A stretch of 63,279 bases of DNA, filler included, from Lenisia limosa (taxonomy: Eukaryota > Protista > Breviatea): assembly GCA_001655205.1 (NCBI GenBank). It is 13 parts of 13 records of this genome, joined end to end, with 100 filler letters (N's around TTAATTAATTAA, not from the genome) between each part and the next. Parts side by side here need not be neighbours in the genome. Positions count along the whole stretch, not along the records: positions 20,682 to 44,992 come from LPNZ01005658.1; 12 more parts are not named here. One strand, 5' to 3'. Under the pieces are notes generated by a model. It saw only the letters and a program-made list of their open reading frames with translations. It was not told where the DNA came from and did not search any database. Every line of letters begins with the position of its first letter. Position 1 is the stretch's first letter. This document shows positions 23,790 to 37,421 of this stretch, in pieces. The translations under genes were made by a program, and so were the position numbers.

Positions 23790-26700
23790 ACAAGGTAAAC
23801 TTCCGTAACAGGTTGTCCTGAAATGTCAGGTAGATCACCACAAATAGTCTGTCGGTGCTCTTTGAACGTCATCCCAGTTGACAAGCATCTTCTACAACTT
23901 AGTTAATTATCAACTNNNNNNNNNNNNNNNNNNNNNNNNNNNNNNNNNNNNNNNNNNNNNNNNNNNNNNNNNNNNNNNNNNNNNNNNNNNNNNNNNNNNN
24001 NNNTTTGTAGAAAAACGAGGATGTGTAAAAAAGAAATAGAATATAATAATAATAGTAAGCAGTAAACAAGTTTACAGATTTTACCCATCATAGCATATTT
24101 ATTAGCAATAGTATAGAGCATTATTCAGTACAACCCCCCCGCCCACAAAGGAGTGAGATAAGGAAGTCGCTCCCCTCCTCCAGCTGCGACTGGGACAAAT
24201 AGCTTATTAGTCCAGAGTAACTTTTTGAGCTTCGGGGTGGCTGCAAAAGTCTGCTCAAGAGTCATAGATGCGTTGGCGACAACAAGCTAAAACATGTCAG
24301 TTTCAACTGCATACTTTAAATTGCAGCAAATAGACTGCTGGCCTGAATAGTTTGTAGAATCAGATCAAGAAATAGAAGCCCTGGGTACAAATGCAATAGT
24401 GTTTTATATCAGAGTACAAATTATTTTCTATTATTTTGCCATTACTATTCTATTTTAACAAAATAAGTTCATATTATGATGTAATTTATATTAAACAACA
24501 CATGCCGAAAAAGAAAATAAATGCGGGCATACCATTGGAGTGGGTGTCATTATTCTGAGTGATACAACACTGCTTTGGCACTGCTCAAGGTGCAATGAAG
24601 AAGCACCGTAAAGATCTGGTGTTGATGGACTTTTCCCACCCTATTTCAATCAAATGAATGAGCAGGTGAAAAAAAAATCATGGATTGCACCTACCGCTTT
24701 GATTTCATTAGATAGGTTAATTGGGGCAAGGCGAGCAGCCTTGTTAACCGGGAACATGGAGGAGATACTGCACAAATTGTGGTCTGTTTTTTCAGGTTGG
24801 TGATGAATTGTTGGTGGTCTATTGACAAGGCCTGGTGGTGGCGGCTGTGGTCTCATATTACGAGGCAACGGTTCCGCTTTATTAAACGCAAAAACAGCAA
24901 TAGTGCCTGAATATAGTAAATACCAATAGAATAAACATTGAGAAAGAGCCCTATGTACCTGTTGGAAGCGGAACAAGGTTGATAGAAGATACAAGTATTC
25001 TCTCCCGCTCATAAAAGACGATAGTGTCTGGTAAATCTAAAAAAAGATGTAAAAAAACCCAATATAATGACAATCCATTCACAAACGTAATATAATTTCG
25101 TATTCTGTTGCACAGGCTGCAGCTGACTGACTCTAAATGAATTATTAATACTTTGAATAGAAAAGCCTTATTAGTATTTTGGAAATAACCAAACTAAATT
25201 TGTCACTGAAAGAAACATGCATTTTGAAGCAAACAAGAAACCAACCGGTAGTAAGTTTTTCATCACCCGGAGGAATTCAGAAATCTCCATTGGGAACAGT
25301 GTATTGATATTATTGTCGAAAACATAGTCCCAAATACGAACGTTAGCTTCAGTAAGCTGTTTCTACGTTGTAAATAAAAACAAACAAAACCAGAAACTAC
25401 CTGAACAACCTGCGGTTTTAGTGCGAAAAAATTGCAAGTATGAGCAGGGGTAACTGCAGGTGGGCTCATTGCAATTGTGGCTACAGAATAAATGCAAAGT
25501 TACACCAACAATTTAGGTAGGAATCAAGATACAGCAACGAATGTGGATTCCTCACTGGCTCATTGAAAATAGATTTAGCACAAAAGCTTGCAACAACATC
25601 AACCATGAGTCGGCTTGAAACTGTATCTAAAACTTGCTGGGTCCAGGTTACTTGGTCGTTAGTAACTGATACCCCTGGAATAATGGCTAGATGGTAATTT
25701 AGCGGGGGAAAATAAAATAATTCAAACCAAGAAACAGTTGGAACGAATTAAATCCCCATTTTGAACTTTTTTGCATCCTCAAGTTTAAGTTTGTGTGAGT
25801 TTCAACACGCTTTTCGAAAGTTTTCACATCAATAGGCTTAAGCATCAGAAGCACATATGCCTCTTACCTGTTGCAGAGTTGAGCAGAAATGAACCACCGC
25901 CTCAGAAAGTCCCAAAAAAAGTTCAATCTGAAAGTAAAGTTATTAATACCAAAAGCAAACATCATTCAAACTTGACTTCTCAAAATAAAACAATGTTGGG
26001 GAAGACACCGTTACTCCTGAAATAGACGCCATTAAATAATACATGGAAGGAACTCCTGCTTTGATTGGAGTTATTGGAGGTCCTTTCAAGTGACTAAGGG
26101 GCTAGAATGTGAAAAAAATAGGAATCCAAAAGGAAAGTTTTACAATTGAAACTGAAGGCATGTTGGCCAAAAAGAGTCTCATATCATATTGTTGAAGAAC
26201 AGTAATATCGGGGATGAAATGTTTTCCTTGAACTGATTCCTCTGGGTTGTAGCCAACAATTGTAAATCCTTTTGAAAACGCTCTAAAATCATAAGTAAAT
26301 GTCACATATACAAACTTCGCTGAGTAGCTGGGTAAAGCGATGAAAAATGAATTATTCTTTTCCAGAATAATAATATCAGGAAGGCCTACAGTGTCAAGAA
26401 AAATGGTACAAGGAACGGGTAGTTAGACAAATATCATTTGTCAAATTATAAGAGCTGCCTGATACCTATTTAAAATTAATCATTTCACCATATTGTTTTA
26501 TCCAAAAGTCTCATCCTACACATTAATAAATGACTGGGTTCAAAGCAATTCGTCTCTGCCAATGCAATCGCAATCTCGTCTTCATGGTGGGTAATCAGAG
26601 AAGAAATGTCATATTTTTTCTGCAGCAATAAAACACAACTCAGTGCAAAACCAAACCTTCGGTTGAATAGACAGTGAGTTTCTGAGAGAAACAAGTTCAT

Positions 26701-26900
26701 TTTTGGCAAAAGGATATTTTGTTATGTGTGAGATAAACGGAGATACCACATTAGGCACCCCTTGTGCGGTAACGTCAGCAGTGTACAACTGCATTTGACG
26801 AACTTTCGAGTAACTACTGCATGATAAAGGCTATTGGCAAAATCTGAAGGATAAGCCTATCGTCACCTCGTTCGCAGATGCTATTTTATCGTTTTCTGAT
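23790..26900 (-). CDS. Large hypothetical protein, many short introns
   Basis: Run of AG/GT-bounded open segments (QLYTADVTAQGVPNVVSPFISHITKYPFAK..., LPDIIILEKNNSFFIALPSYSAKFVYVTFTYDFRAF..., IIPGVSVTNDQVTWTQQVLDTVSSRLMVDVV...); no family recognised. Confidence 0.45.
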
Positions 26901-27259
26901 GCTATTATATTTATAACGCAATAATTATAATTATAATTAGATTATTAGATTATTAGATTAATTAGTAAGGAGAGGGGTGGTGAGGCGGAGAGGGCAGAAA
27001 AGAAAATGACAAAAGGCAACACAGCCGCGCCACGGAAGCCGCGCCACGGATACGCAGTAAGGCCCTGTAAGCATTTCTTTCCCAAACCCTTTTTACTCTG
27101 TTGGGATAAATCAGTAGAAAGTTTATAAATCGAAACATAAGGATACTTTGGTACTTTCTTTTCTTTGTGTAATAATGGGGGATTTTTATCCAACTTTTCA
27201 GCCTGTTGTAAGCTCCCAACTTCACCAATCAAATGACATGATATTTTCACCACAGTTTA

Positions 27260-29570
27260 CACCTTCTATGGTATGTGTAGGCAACAATGACTATCTAACC
27301 GAGTTACTTTTCAGAGCCCACAACACCACCGACCAGCTTTACCTGCACACCTTGACGCACAATTATTTGAAGCGATTCAAAACTGGAATCTTCGTGATGT
27401 TTCAAGGCTCCTTCAAGCTGGAGCCAATGTTAATGGCCTTGATAGATGGGTTAGAAGGGTGGATTCTTTTTATCTTAATGCATTCTTCTCTAAGGGATTT
27501 CAATTGCTGACAATTCGTCACTTTTCCAGAGCAATACTCCCTTGCACCAAGCGGCTCATAGAGGAGCTGAAAAGACTGTCTTACTGCTTCTTCAGTACGG
27601 AGCCAATCCTTCTGCCAAAGGACAGCATGTTTGTTGATATAATTTCTACTAGGGTCATCTCTTAGGGCAATAGTCCACTTCATATGGCTGCTTTCAATGG
27701 GCACGTTGGTACAGTTGCAATATTGATCCAAGCCAGGGCAAACGTTAACGCCATCGGACGATTTGTAGGATTATTTTTATCCTTTTCTCCTCTTTTTTTC
27801 TTTTAAAAATTTCTAGTCTTGACATCCCCACATATTGATTAGTTGTGGTCAAAAAACTGAACTCCCTCTCACACTATGGCAGGGAAACACGGCACTTCAC
27901 CAGGCATGCTTCCGCGGCCATGAGGAGACGGTACTGGCTTTGATTAAAGCCGGAGCTAATGTTGGAGCTGAAAATTGCTTTGTAAGCTTGGCTAATATTT
28001 CCTTTTCACAATGTTTCCCATCAGTTTTCGTTACTTTACCCTCAGAGAAATGAAAGCACCCCTGGTGCAACACCAATGGTTTTAGCTTGCCAAGCTGGTC
28101 ATGTTAATATTATCAACCTACTTGAGCGTCACGGCGGAAATAAAGTGGGTATTTCTGGATGAGCTAGAATACTTGCGTTAAACATTCTAATTCCCGCTTT
28201 TCAACCTGACTGTACAGGGAGGGGCATTTCTTCATCTTTGTGACCATGGTGAGATGGCGGGGGCCATTCTCATGCTCAAAGAAGGTGCAAAAATATCGGA
28301 AGTCACAGATGATGTGGGTGTTGCAAACCAAGGCCTTCTTAAATTTTCTTGTCAACGTATCATTCATCAATAGGGAAATTCTGCTCTTCACCTTGCTTGC
28401 CGTTGTATGAAAGCTGATTTGATTTTCGAGCTTATCAACCGCAATGCATCCGTTTGTCTTTGCAACGCACAGGTAATGCAACTTTTTTTTTTTTTTTTTT
28501 TTTTNNNNNNNNNNNNNNNNNNNNNNNNNNNNNNNNNNNNNNNNNNNNNNNNNNNNNNNNNNNNNNNNNNNNNNNNNNNNNNNNNNNNNNNTCTTGGCTT
28601 CTAGTTTCGTTTTTGGTGGTACAATGAACTTATATGAAATGAATAATGGCTTTTATTGTAATTCTTATTTATTTTTTTTAGGGACATATCCCTCTCCAAC
28701 TCTTCCTTGCCGAGCTGATTAAAGCCAACAACAACAACCCCCCTTCATCATTACCTCCGATATTTATTCAGGTTTGTACGTTCGCATTTTTAGGCAAAAG
28801 TGCCCTTTTGGGATTATGTACTGTTCTTGCCTCAGTCTGCTTCCCCATCTTAATGCATCTATAGCTTTTTATTGAGACGCTCTCAGAAGCTGCTGCCATA
28901 GGACACTCTCCAATTGTTTCAGCAATCCTTGCGATGCGCTGCTCTGCAAGTATTAATACCTCTTCACGAAACTATGTGAGTCTCTTTTTGTACCTTTGTT
29001 GATGACTCAACCAAGCTGCCAATTAAGTTCACTTATGAATTAGGTATCACCACTAGCAGCTGGACTCCGCTCCAATAGCCCTGAAATTGTGAGATTATTA
29101 CTTGAAGCTGGGGCCAGCCCGAAGGTTGTCAACCCTGCGGTGAGAACTATTTAAATCATGCTTAATAACTGTGAAGAACTTCTTATAATTCCTTATAACC
29201 ATCATATAGACTGGAAATACACTTCTTGAAGATGCGATTGGAAAAGTGTGTCCAGAAGTAATGGAAATGCTTGTTTCTTGCAACGACCGTATCGTTTAAC
29301 TCACTTCTTTTTTTTCTTTTTTATTGTTATGTCATAGGTAGACTTTGTTTTTTGCTGTTTTTCTTTTTCCTTCAATTCTACTTCCAGTTTTTGTTTTATT
29401 TTTGTTTGTTTCTTTTTTTTTTTTCTGAGGTATTTCCTCTTTCCTGTTATAATACATGTTTTCATGTTCAGCTATTTTTTGGTTGTGGAGTTTGGTTTGA
29501 ATTGCTATATGATTCACAGAATCAGGAGTGGCGTTGGTGGTTGGGCAGAGTTTTGTTTTGAGAGTCAGAA
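27260..29570 (+). CDS. Ankyrin-repeat protein (about 9-10 repeats)
   Basis: Successive exons SNTPLHQAAHRGAEKTVLLLLQYGANPSAK, GNSPLHMAAFNGHVGTVAILIQARANVNA, GNTALHQACFRGHEETVLALIKAGANVGA, GNSALHLACRC..., SPLAAGLRSNSPEIVRLLLEAGASP. Confidence 0.88.
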
Positions 29571-29833
29571 ATAATCCAAGGACAATGAAAGAAGAAAACC
29601 TGAGAAAACTTGAAAAACTTCAAGAAATCGAGAAATCTAACTCCGTTCAAAATTTACGAAATTACTCTTTACCATTTTAGCCCAAAATCAATTAAAGTAG
29701 AGACAGAAGTAAGTTGAGCACAAGGAGTTGACGATAACACAAGGCGATCAGCTTAGAACAAAAGAAGAGCCACGAAAATAAATTAGACGATCTTTGACAG
29801 TTGTTTTCCTCTTATTGGGATTCTTCTCCAACT

Positions 29834-32660
29834 ATGTCAGTTTCCGCTAATAGGGCTGCTTATTCTCAGTCGGGAAAACAGCAGACAGTTCAACCCCGTC
29901 GCCCTTTGTATCGAAAAGATGAAAGGTAGGGGGTATTTTGAAACCTAATGCTCCCATCCCTCTTTATGCATAATTTGATTCATTATAGGACGGAAGGTGC
30001 GTCTACAAACATCATGTCTGACCCCAGGGTTGTTAGAGGATCAACGTTCACAGCTCGCACGCAGTCTATGGTATGTTTTATTTGAAGAAAACTGTGTTTT
30101 TGATAGGTTTAATCTTGTTTCAGAAAGAACAACAAAAGGCCCAGGAAGAAGCCGATATGCTCCAACGAAAACGTGCCTCCGCTGTTCGTCGGCGTAATAA
30201 GGAAAAAACAAGAGAAAGAGATGCTCCCCCACCAGCTGTGGAAGGTAACTGGTCTTCTCTGTTCATTTCGACAACATAAGCTATTTTTGTGGATCTTTGA
30301 TTGTCTTTAGGACGTACCCATATTGAAATTCAAACTGAAGTTTACCTCGAAGAGTTGACTGGTTTGTTAATCGTATTGGAGATATTTCCCCATCATAATA
30401 TTCAATCTAAATTCCTTTTGGCAAATTGATGGGTTTGCTATTTATTACATAATTACCCAGATGGAGTTATTGAAAATGATATGTGTGTTCAAACCGATGC
30501 TTTCCTGGATAGACCACCCAGCCCGGAGTTTGTTCCTGTCAAAACGGGTATGAATAATCTAACTTGTGCATTTTATCGCGCGCAACACACTTACCTTCAG
30601 GTGTGGACAAAGGAACAGAGATTGGTCCATCAGACCTCTTCGACTTCAACCATGAGGTCAGGCCTCTCCTCGACATTCTCGTAGCCAGAACTCTTGAAAT
30701 TGCAATGGCTGAAATCGTGGAGGAAGATGAGCTGGCAAGTCTGAGACGTAGACAGGTGAGAGGCAGGATTATTCTCCGGGCGTTTGTTTCCGGTTTCTTA
30801 CATTGGAGACCTTTTCATGAAGTATTATTTTGCTGTAAGATTGAAAACAGGGTTTTAGCTTAGATTTTTTTTTTTTTAACGCTGTGCACATGTTAGATGG
30901 AGGATTACATCGGTTTTATTACAGCATTCATAGATTACATTTTGTAAAGTATATTTATTATTTTTCATACAATGTATACATGCAGTGACCGGGATAAGTC
31001 TTTTCCGATTTGCTCTGTGATTTCTCAAGGAAAATGGGTCAAGACTTATCCCGGTCACTGTGTATATATAGTACATAGCTATATAAATGTACAAATGACA
31101 TAGTATATCATATTTTCTAGAAAGCTATGTACACAAGGGTGATGGTGTGGATGGCTTCTGCCAGATACTACCTTTTTTCTCTCTCATTTCTCCATAGTAT
31201 ATGTTATACATACAAGTATCATCGTCAATTGTTCTCGTTTTTCTGACACTCCACCTCGAGAATCGACTGACTGCATTTGTTTTTTTTTTTGTTTTGTTTT
31301 TTTCGCCTACATATCATATAGTATTACATAATATGTGTCTCAAATCCCCAGCCAGCTGGGTTGGTTTTTTTTTTTNNNNNNNNNNNNNNNNNNNNNNNNN
31401 NNNNNNNNNNNNNNNNNNNNNNNNNNNNNNNNNNNNNNNNNNNNNNNNNNNNNNNNNNNNNNATTTGAGCAACAGCGCAATGTGGAGCTGGCCGAGGTCC
31501 AAAGGCTTGAGGAGGCAGAGCGACGAAAGGAGGAGGAGAAGAACCGACGCGTGCGCGAAGAGAAGTTGCGCGTCCAACGCGAGCAGGATGTTGCTGCTAA
31601 GGTCTGAGTTTCTACCAGTTATGGGACTTTTTTTAGCATTGGTGTGGAAAGTATGATGATGGGTTAGTTTTTCTTCTCATACTTTATTTTCCCTAGTTTT
31701 TTCTTTGTTTGAAGACTTACCAAACCCTGTAGGTCTCAGCACGCGGCTTTAGCCAGCACTATTTGTCGGACCTTATGTCCTCGGTGTTCGGACAGCTGAC
31801 GGAAACTGGCTTTTTCTATGACCCGTAAGCTTGTTACTAGCTTCACTTCTCTTCGAATAGTTCAGTAAATACGATATTTATCTGCTTAGATCTGAAGCAT
31901 TTGTTGTTGTGTCTTTTTACTTCTTAGGGTGGCTAGGGAAGTTGAACAGCAATTTATGCCTTGGCTCATGAACAGTGTAAGCTGGTATTCATGACAGTGC
32001 TCCTCTTACTTAAAACTTGTGCCACCGCACCCCCACCCGTCTTTTGCTTTTTGTTGCTGCTGCTGTTTGCAAAATATATTATTTATAAATATTTTTCTCC
32101 GTGATTAGTACCTTTATGTCAATATTTTTTATCAAAATTTCCTTCGTTTTACTCCCTCCCCCCCCCCCCCCNNNNNNNNNNNNNNNNNNNNNNNNNNNNN
32201 NNNNNNNNNNNNNNNNNNNNNNNNNNNNNNNNNNNNNNNNNNNNNNNNNNNNNNNNNNTCAGCGCAAGCCTTAGTTAGAGCTGCAATTGAGCTTGGTGTG
32301 GAGGGGGGGGGGGGTGAATTTTCGGCGTCCTGATAAAGTTCTCTTTTGCCAACAGTGCAGCCAAATATCTTTTTCACGTAGCAGCACGGTCACGGCACTC
32401 GTCGTTGCTTAAGGCTAGTGCAGAAGAAGAGGCTAAGATTGCCGCTGAAAAGGCAAGGGATCTCGCGTCTGTCACGCCTGAATTTGTCATGATTGAGGTG
32501 GGCTGGAAGGCTTTAGTGATATTCACCTAGTGCTAGTTTATGGCTTTATATAAAGCTGACTGTCTAGGTGCGACCAGCTACCCCTGGTGACGGGGAGGCT
32601 CCTGAAAAACCAGAGGAAAAGGAGGAGGAGGAGTCTGGGTCTGAGTCTGAAGAAGACTAG
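29834..32660 (+). CDS. RSPH3: Radial spoke protein 3
   Basis: NIMSDPRVVRGST, GRTHIEIQTEVYLEELT, CVQTDAFLDRPPSPEFVPVKTGVDKGTEI...LFDFNHEVRPLLDILVARTLEIAMAEIVEEDELASLR, FEQQRNVELAEVQRLEEAERR, FYDP; ends SESEED* (TAG 32658-32660). Confidence 0.93.
30983..31060. mobile_element. Tc1/mariner-type MITE family D, 78 bp (also 52614-52692, ~55582-55658, ~15365-15422, right arm at 15126-15148)
   Basis: TIR CAGTGACCGGGATAAGTCTT / AAGACTTATCCCGGTCACTG; the 52614 copy is flanked by TA on both sides. CAGT termini with a TA duplication are typical of Tc1/mariner/pogo. Confidence 0.82.
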
Positions 32661-33357
32661 ATTGTGTGTATGTTTTGTATTTTAAGAAAATGAATTAGTA
32701 ATATTTTCTTTGGTGAACCAAATATCATATGTGGTTAAAAAGAAATCAGGAAACAGAATAAGATCAGCGGGCTCAATTCGAAGTTAGGCATAGAGAACCT
32801 GAAGCAGTGAGACGTGTGCGAAATTACAACCCATACCTTCGTCTTGCGTCCTTGAGAACAAGGTTTTGATAAGCCTACTCGTCTTCGTCCTAAAGTGTTT
32901 ATGATTGACATTGTCAAAATCATTCCAGAAAAACAGGAAACAAAGAGAATAAATACCTATTGGTATAGAAAAACAGCCAACCTTTCTGTGAAAAAATAGG
33001 CGCGGGGGAAGGAGAAGAATTATGTGCCGGCTTTGGTTTCCTCAATGCAGGGTGTAACGGTGCAATATCTGCTGAGAATTAGCATGCAGCATTCAGATGC
33101 CCAGTGCTTACAATTGGCTGGTGAAGTCAGACTGCTACTTAACTTGTCCAAACTCGGCTTGGCTGTGTGTTTCTGAAAGAAAGACAGATACGACTCTGTC
33201 TTAGTGCTGTTGAGTGTCGGAATACTGCGGAGGTTAGTACATACAAGTCAATGATAATCTGATCCAACCTTGATGAAGCGCTCTTGTAAATAGGCTCCTT
33301 CACAGAAAGAGGCTAGAGAGATGAACTCAGTATGTGTTTTGACATCTTCAGGACAAG

Positions 33358-36300
33358 TCATGATTGTGAACCCACATTTTGCTGGTAGATGACCGAATTC
33401 ATTAGAGGAGACGTCGTGATTTCAGGCGAGAGGATGGGGTGAAGGGCCTTCGGGAAGCCCCGTGATGGCAGTGACGGCATTGGACTCGAACATTCGTCGA
33501 GGATAGGGTGAGTGGGCACGGGGCAGGTGGCCAGCGCTTGTCGACCAGCTTGCTTCAGACTTTTGAAGTATGAAGACGCGTCAGGACAGGGGCTCGGAGT
33601 TGGCATGTCATCGAAAGAATCTGGCACATCAAGCAAGTCAACGTTGTAGTCCATTTCGGATGTTGCTGTGGCGGCAGCAAAGGGTTCGGCCACATGGGTA
33701 GATATGGAATAGAGCTTGTGCACAGGCGGCGAGTGTGAGGGAGACCTCAAGCTTTGCGAAGTGGTTGATGAGCAGGGACTAGGGGGGAGAACCGGAATAC
33801 TGACCGAACCTACTTTGTGAGACAGAAAAATCTTCATATTGGGGGGCGAGAGAAAAATCTTCCCATTGGTTGAAGCCCAGCAAACTTGTGGCAATATTTA
33901 GAGGTTGCATTGATGGTGACGGATCCAACGCAGGGGGTTCGGAAGCAGGGGCAACGCCAACACTACAGCGTGTAAGTGAAAACTCGACCTTACCTTTGAA
34001 GACGACTCAGGAGTCCTTTCTAAACAAATTAGAAGGAAGAATGCTGCAGCCTATTGAGGAGCGTGTCATACCTTTCTATTAAAGTGTGGCTTAATAGACA
34101 TTCTGCTGGGATCTGGAGATCTGTCGAAAGTCAGAAGAAACAAAACTTCCGACAATCATACCCAGAGAGTGGCCCATTTTCATCATTCTCATTTTGGCTA
34201 GTTTCTTCTACATGAGGCTCAAGGTTCTTTTCCTTTGGTGATGACGACTCTGGTGTTTCGGATATTGGTTTGTCCTCTTCCGGAGTTGAAGTTGCTGATG
34301 ATGATGCTACGTCTGACTCTTCCGAATGTGACCGATTCAACTTGCGCCCCCCTGCCATGAAAGAGCTGAAACCCTTTTTCTTTGCTGGCGTATTGAGACT
34401 GTCTCCGGCTGCCTTGAATGAGTCAAGTAGATTGAGCTTGTTGGTGACGGTTGGAAGTTTGAAAGAGTCGCTTCGAATTAGGCTTCGCATTTTCTTGCGA
34501 GGGGGAGGTGATTCAGTCCTGTGTTGTGAGGCCGATCAGGCATGACAAGCTATTCTCCTATGTACCTAATACTATATGATGTCATATGTGTTTACTAAAA
34601 ATCTCTCTTTAAATCACCCACTTGACAACTTCAGGAGTTGGTGGAAGAAACTGGGAAAAGTCGGCCTCAGTTTGCTCGACCTCCTACAATATAACAGGTA
34701 CAGAAACTGGGCAACACTCCTTTATCAAAAAGACACGTTCAATTTTCCGAAATTTTCCGTTTTTTAGTTCCAAAATAAACTTGTCCGCACAGTGTAACAG
34801 AAAACTCTGTTCCTTACCTCCGGCTGATAAGGGGCTTGACGGGGAGTTGCAAGTTTAGCTGTTACATCATTCTGGTGTTTTGGCGCGCAATAAATAGCTG
34901 AAGAAGATGCAACCCTCGAGAGAAGCCGACGGGATGGCTGGGCTGGCTCGGAGGACCCTTTAAAATATGAAGACTCCACACCAGCAGTCTAGGTGAGGTC
35001 AACTCAGTCCCGAAGAAGGGACTAACTTTTGGTGTTTTTGTTCCATTGAACTTTGAAGAAAACGCAAGTGCCGAGTCACTGACACTCCGAGATAATCCTG
35101 GAGTATTACAAGCCTGCGAAACGATGACTGACGACCTACCCTTTTGCCCTGTGGAAGGGCCGACAGGAAGGGGCTGTGTTTTGTTTAACGCTAGAATATC
35201 AGATAAAACAGGGATTTTATGCTGACTACCATGGTAAAAGGACCATTTCTCGTCATACATGTCTCATGTAAATAGTTTCAATTCTCTTCCTATCCCCAAC
35301 TTTCTCACCCCACTCACCAGAAGATCTTGCAACAAAGCGGTCCATGAGCAGCTGGGCAGACGCACTCATCTCAGGTTCAACCACCTTCAGCGGTTCGGTC
35401 TTAGCATTTTTGTCCCACTTCGCGGCCGGGATATCAGGATATCTTTTGACTGAAGATCAGAAGGTAAATGTGTAATGAAAATAAACCAGTAGCACCACTC
35501 ACCAAGAACATCTTTCGTTATTGCATCAATCAAGCAACCGCCTATTTTGACCACTTCTTCAGGAGGTAATCGTCTGAGGGGTTATTGGAAGTCCTAGTGT
35601 TTGCTCTATTGAGGACTGTGACCCCCCTACTTTCCCATATAGTCTAAGTCCTCCTCAACAAGCTCTTCAGGTAGCACGTGTAGGGGGGCAAGTTTCATTG
35701 TGAATGGGTCGATGATAAGCTGAAAGAGGAACGTATTCCGAGCTTTTTCGAATTCCGCCAAATACTCCGCGGTGTAGCCTGAATGTGCCCGTCTCATGAT
35801 TGCCTGAAGGAAGGTGAATGATAGTTGAAAAGGTCAAGATATGACTGTTTCATGCGGAGAAACTCACTTGTCGTCCAGACTTGTGTTTGAGTATTACGCC
35901 ATGGGCTGTTTTAAGTCCCATTCCACGCGGTGATGACAGGTAGTCACACCCAGCCAGGATACACATGTCAAGAAACATCCTGAAGAGTTAATGGAATGTT
36001 TTGACCATTAACAACTCACGCGTCAGTCCAGCGAACGAATCCTGTTTTGCCTGGAATGTTGAAGAGCCGGTCGCGAGTGATTTCGTGGCCAACACCGCTG
36101 CGGTCAAGCTTGAAAACAACCTGCAACATCAATCAAGGCAGACAAATCAAAATATATTGAATCAGTTCCCGCACAAACCCTCTGGCAACCGAATGGAAGG
36201 AGGTCACTATCCTCTGTAATTACCACATCAATGACATTCCTGCAACTGATAAGCCCGATACTGCACTCGTTTGCGATTGCTCCCTTTCAAAAAAAAGAAT

Positions 36301-37160
36301 CACTCGTGTAAACCCCAAACGTTTTGGCAAGCCATGTTAACTGAGCATCAGCCTCGTATGGTGCTGTAATGTGTCGGATATTCAATTTATCTAGCTCCTG
36401 GTCTCATAAGAGAAATACACTGAAAAGAAAGAGACTAATCCACCCACATCAGCAAATCGCCTAGCCATAACAGGAGAAACATCCAAAGCACGGTTAAATT
36501 TATCACGAGCCTCAGAAGTTCGCCCTTCACGAAGTAACTGGTACGCTTCAGCCTTATGCTTCTCTCGAGATCTGAAAGATAAATACACATAAGTTATTCA
36601 GCGTACATTCGTCTTTCTACTTCAGTGTCTGCTTTGGCCGGTAAATAAGTTCCATCAAATACAATGATTGGAATAACCCCATTCTTGAGGAGAAGCTCCA
36701 CCATTGACATGCAATAATTGACGAATCTGTTTTGTAACAGGAGGCAAAGGAAATCAATCACCAAAAGCCTTAAAAGACCGTTGTTAATCAATTTATGTTA
36801 CTTCATTATAACAAATAAAAAGATATTTTGGTCGAAAGGCAGTCAAGGGATTTGAGTGAAACTTTTGGCGCCTTCACAAAATCTCTTCTTACCTCAACGG
36901 GTCCATAATTAACACTATTTCTTTGAAAAAAACGTGAATATTTCCAAGGCTTACGCATTTGTGTCTTTACCAAGACAGAGTTCCATTCCTGAGCCATATG
37001 CAGCCTTATGGAGCCAACAATAGCCATCAACTCCAACAGTCAGCCCTAATTATAAGTTAGGAGTCCATTAATAGCCTAAATGGCACAAACCTTTCAACTG
37101 CCTAACATGAATTTCGCGTTTTGCATCCTGTAATAGAGGTAAAAGACCTGTAATGCCCAT
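33358..37160 (-). CDS. EXO1: Exonuclease 1 (XPG/Rad2 family) with a long low-complexity C-terminus; 3' end uncertain
   Basis: MGITGLLPLLQDAKREIHVRQLK, TVGVDGYCWLHKAAYG, FVNYCMSMVELLLKNGVIPIIVFDGTYLPAKADTEVERR, ITAPYEADAQLTWLAK, FLDMCILAGCDY, GMGLKTAH. The nuclease domain lies at ~35650-37160. Confidence 0.9.
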
Positions 37161-37421
37161 ATTTAAATAAGATACAAGACATAAAAGTCTTCACTAAATA
37201 ATAAGAATCTGTCTTATGACCTTTTTTTCATTCTCTGTTTTAATATAATAAATACTACAGTTCAGAGAGTGCTCAGAGCTAATACTTATTGTACTATTGT
37301 ACTATTGTACTAAGGTGAGGTTTTGACAGAGGTTTTTGTTAGCACAATATCGAAATATTTCTGAAATTATCGAGTAAAAAAGTTGCAAAAAATTTGTTTG
37401 TCCTGAATATTTTGAGCAACA

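Noticed and set aside
33340-33370. ATGA stop/start overlap after the EXO1 C-terminal ORF, resembling operon-style coupling
   Set aside because: A GT...AG mini-intron spans the same site, so the exon structure is ambiguous without transcripts.
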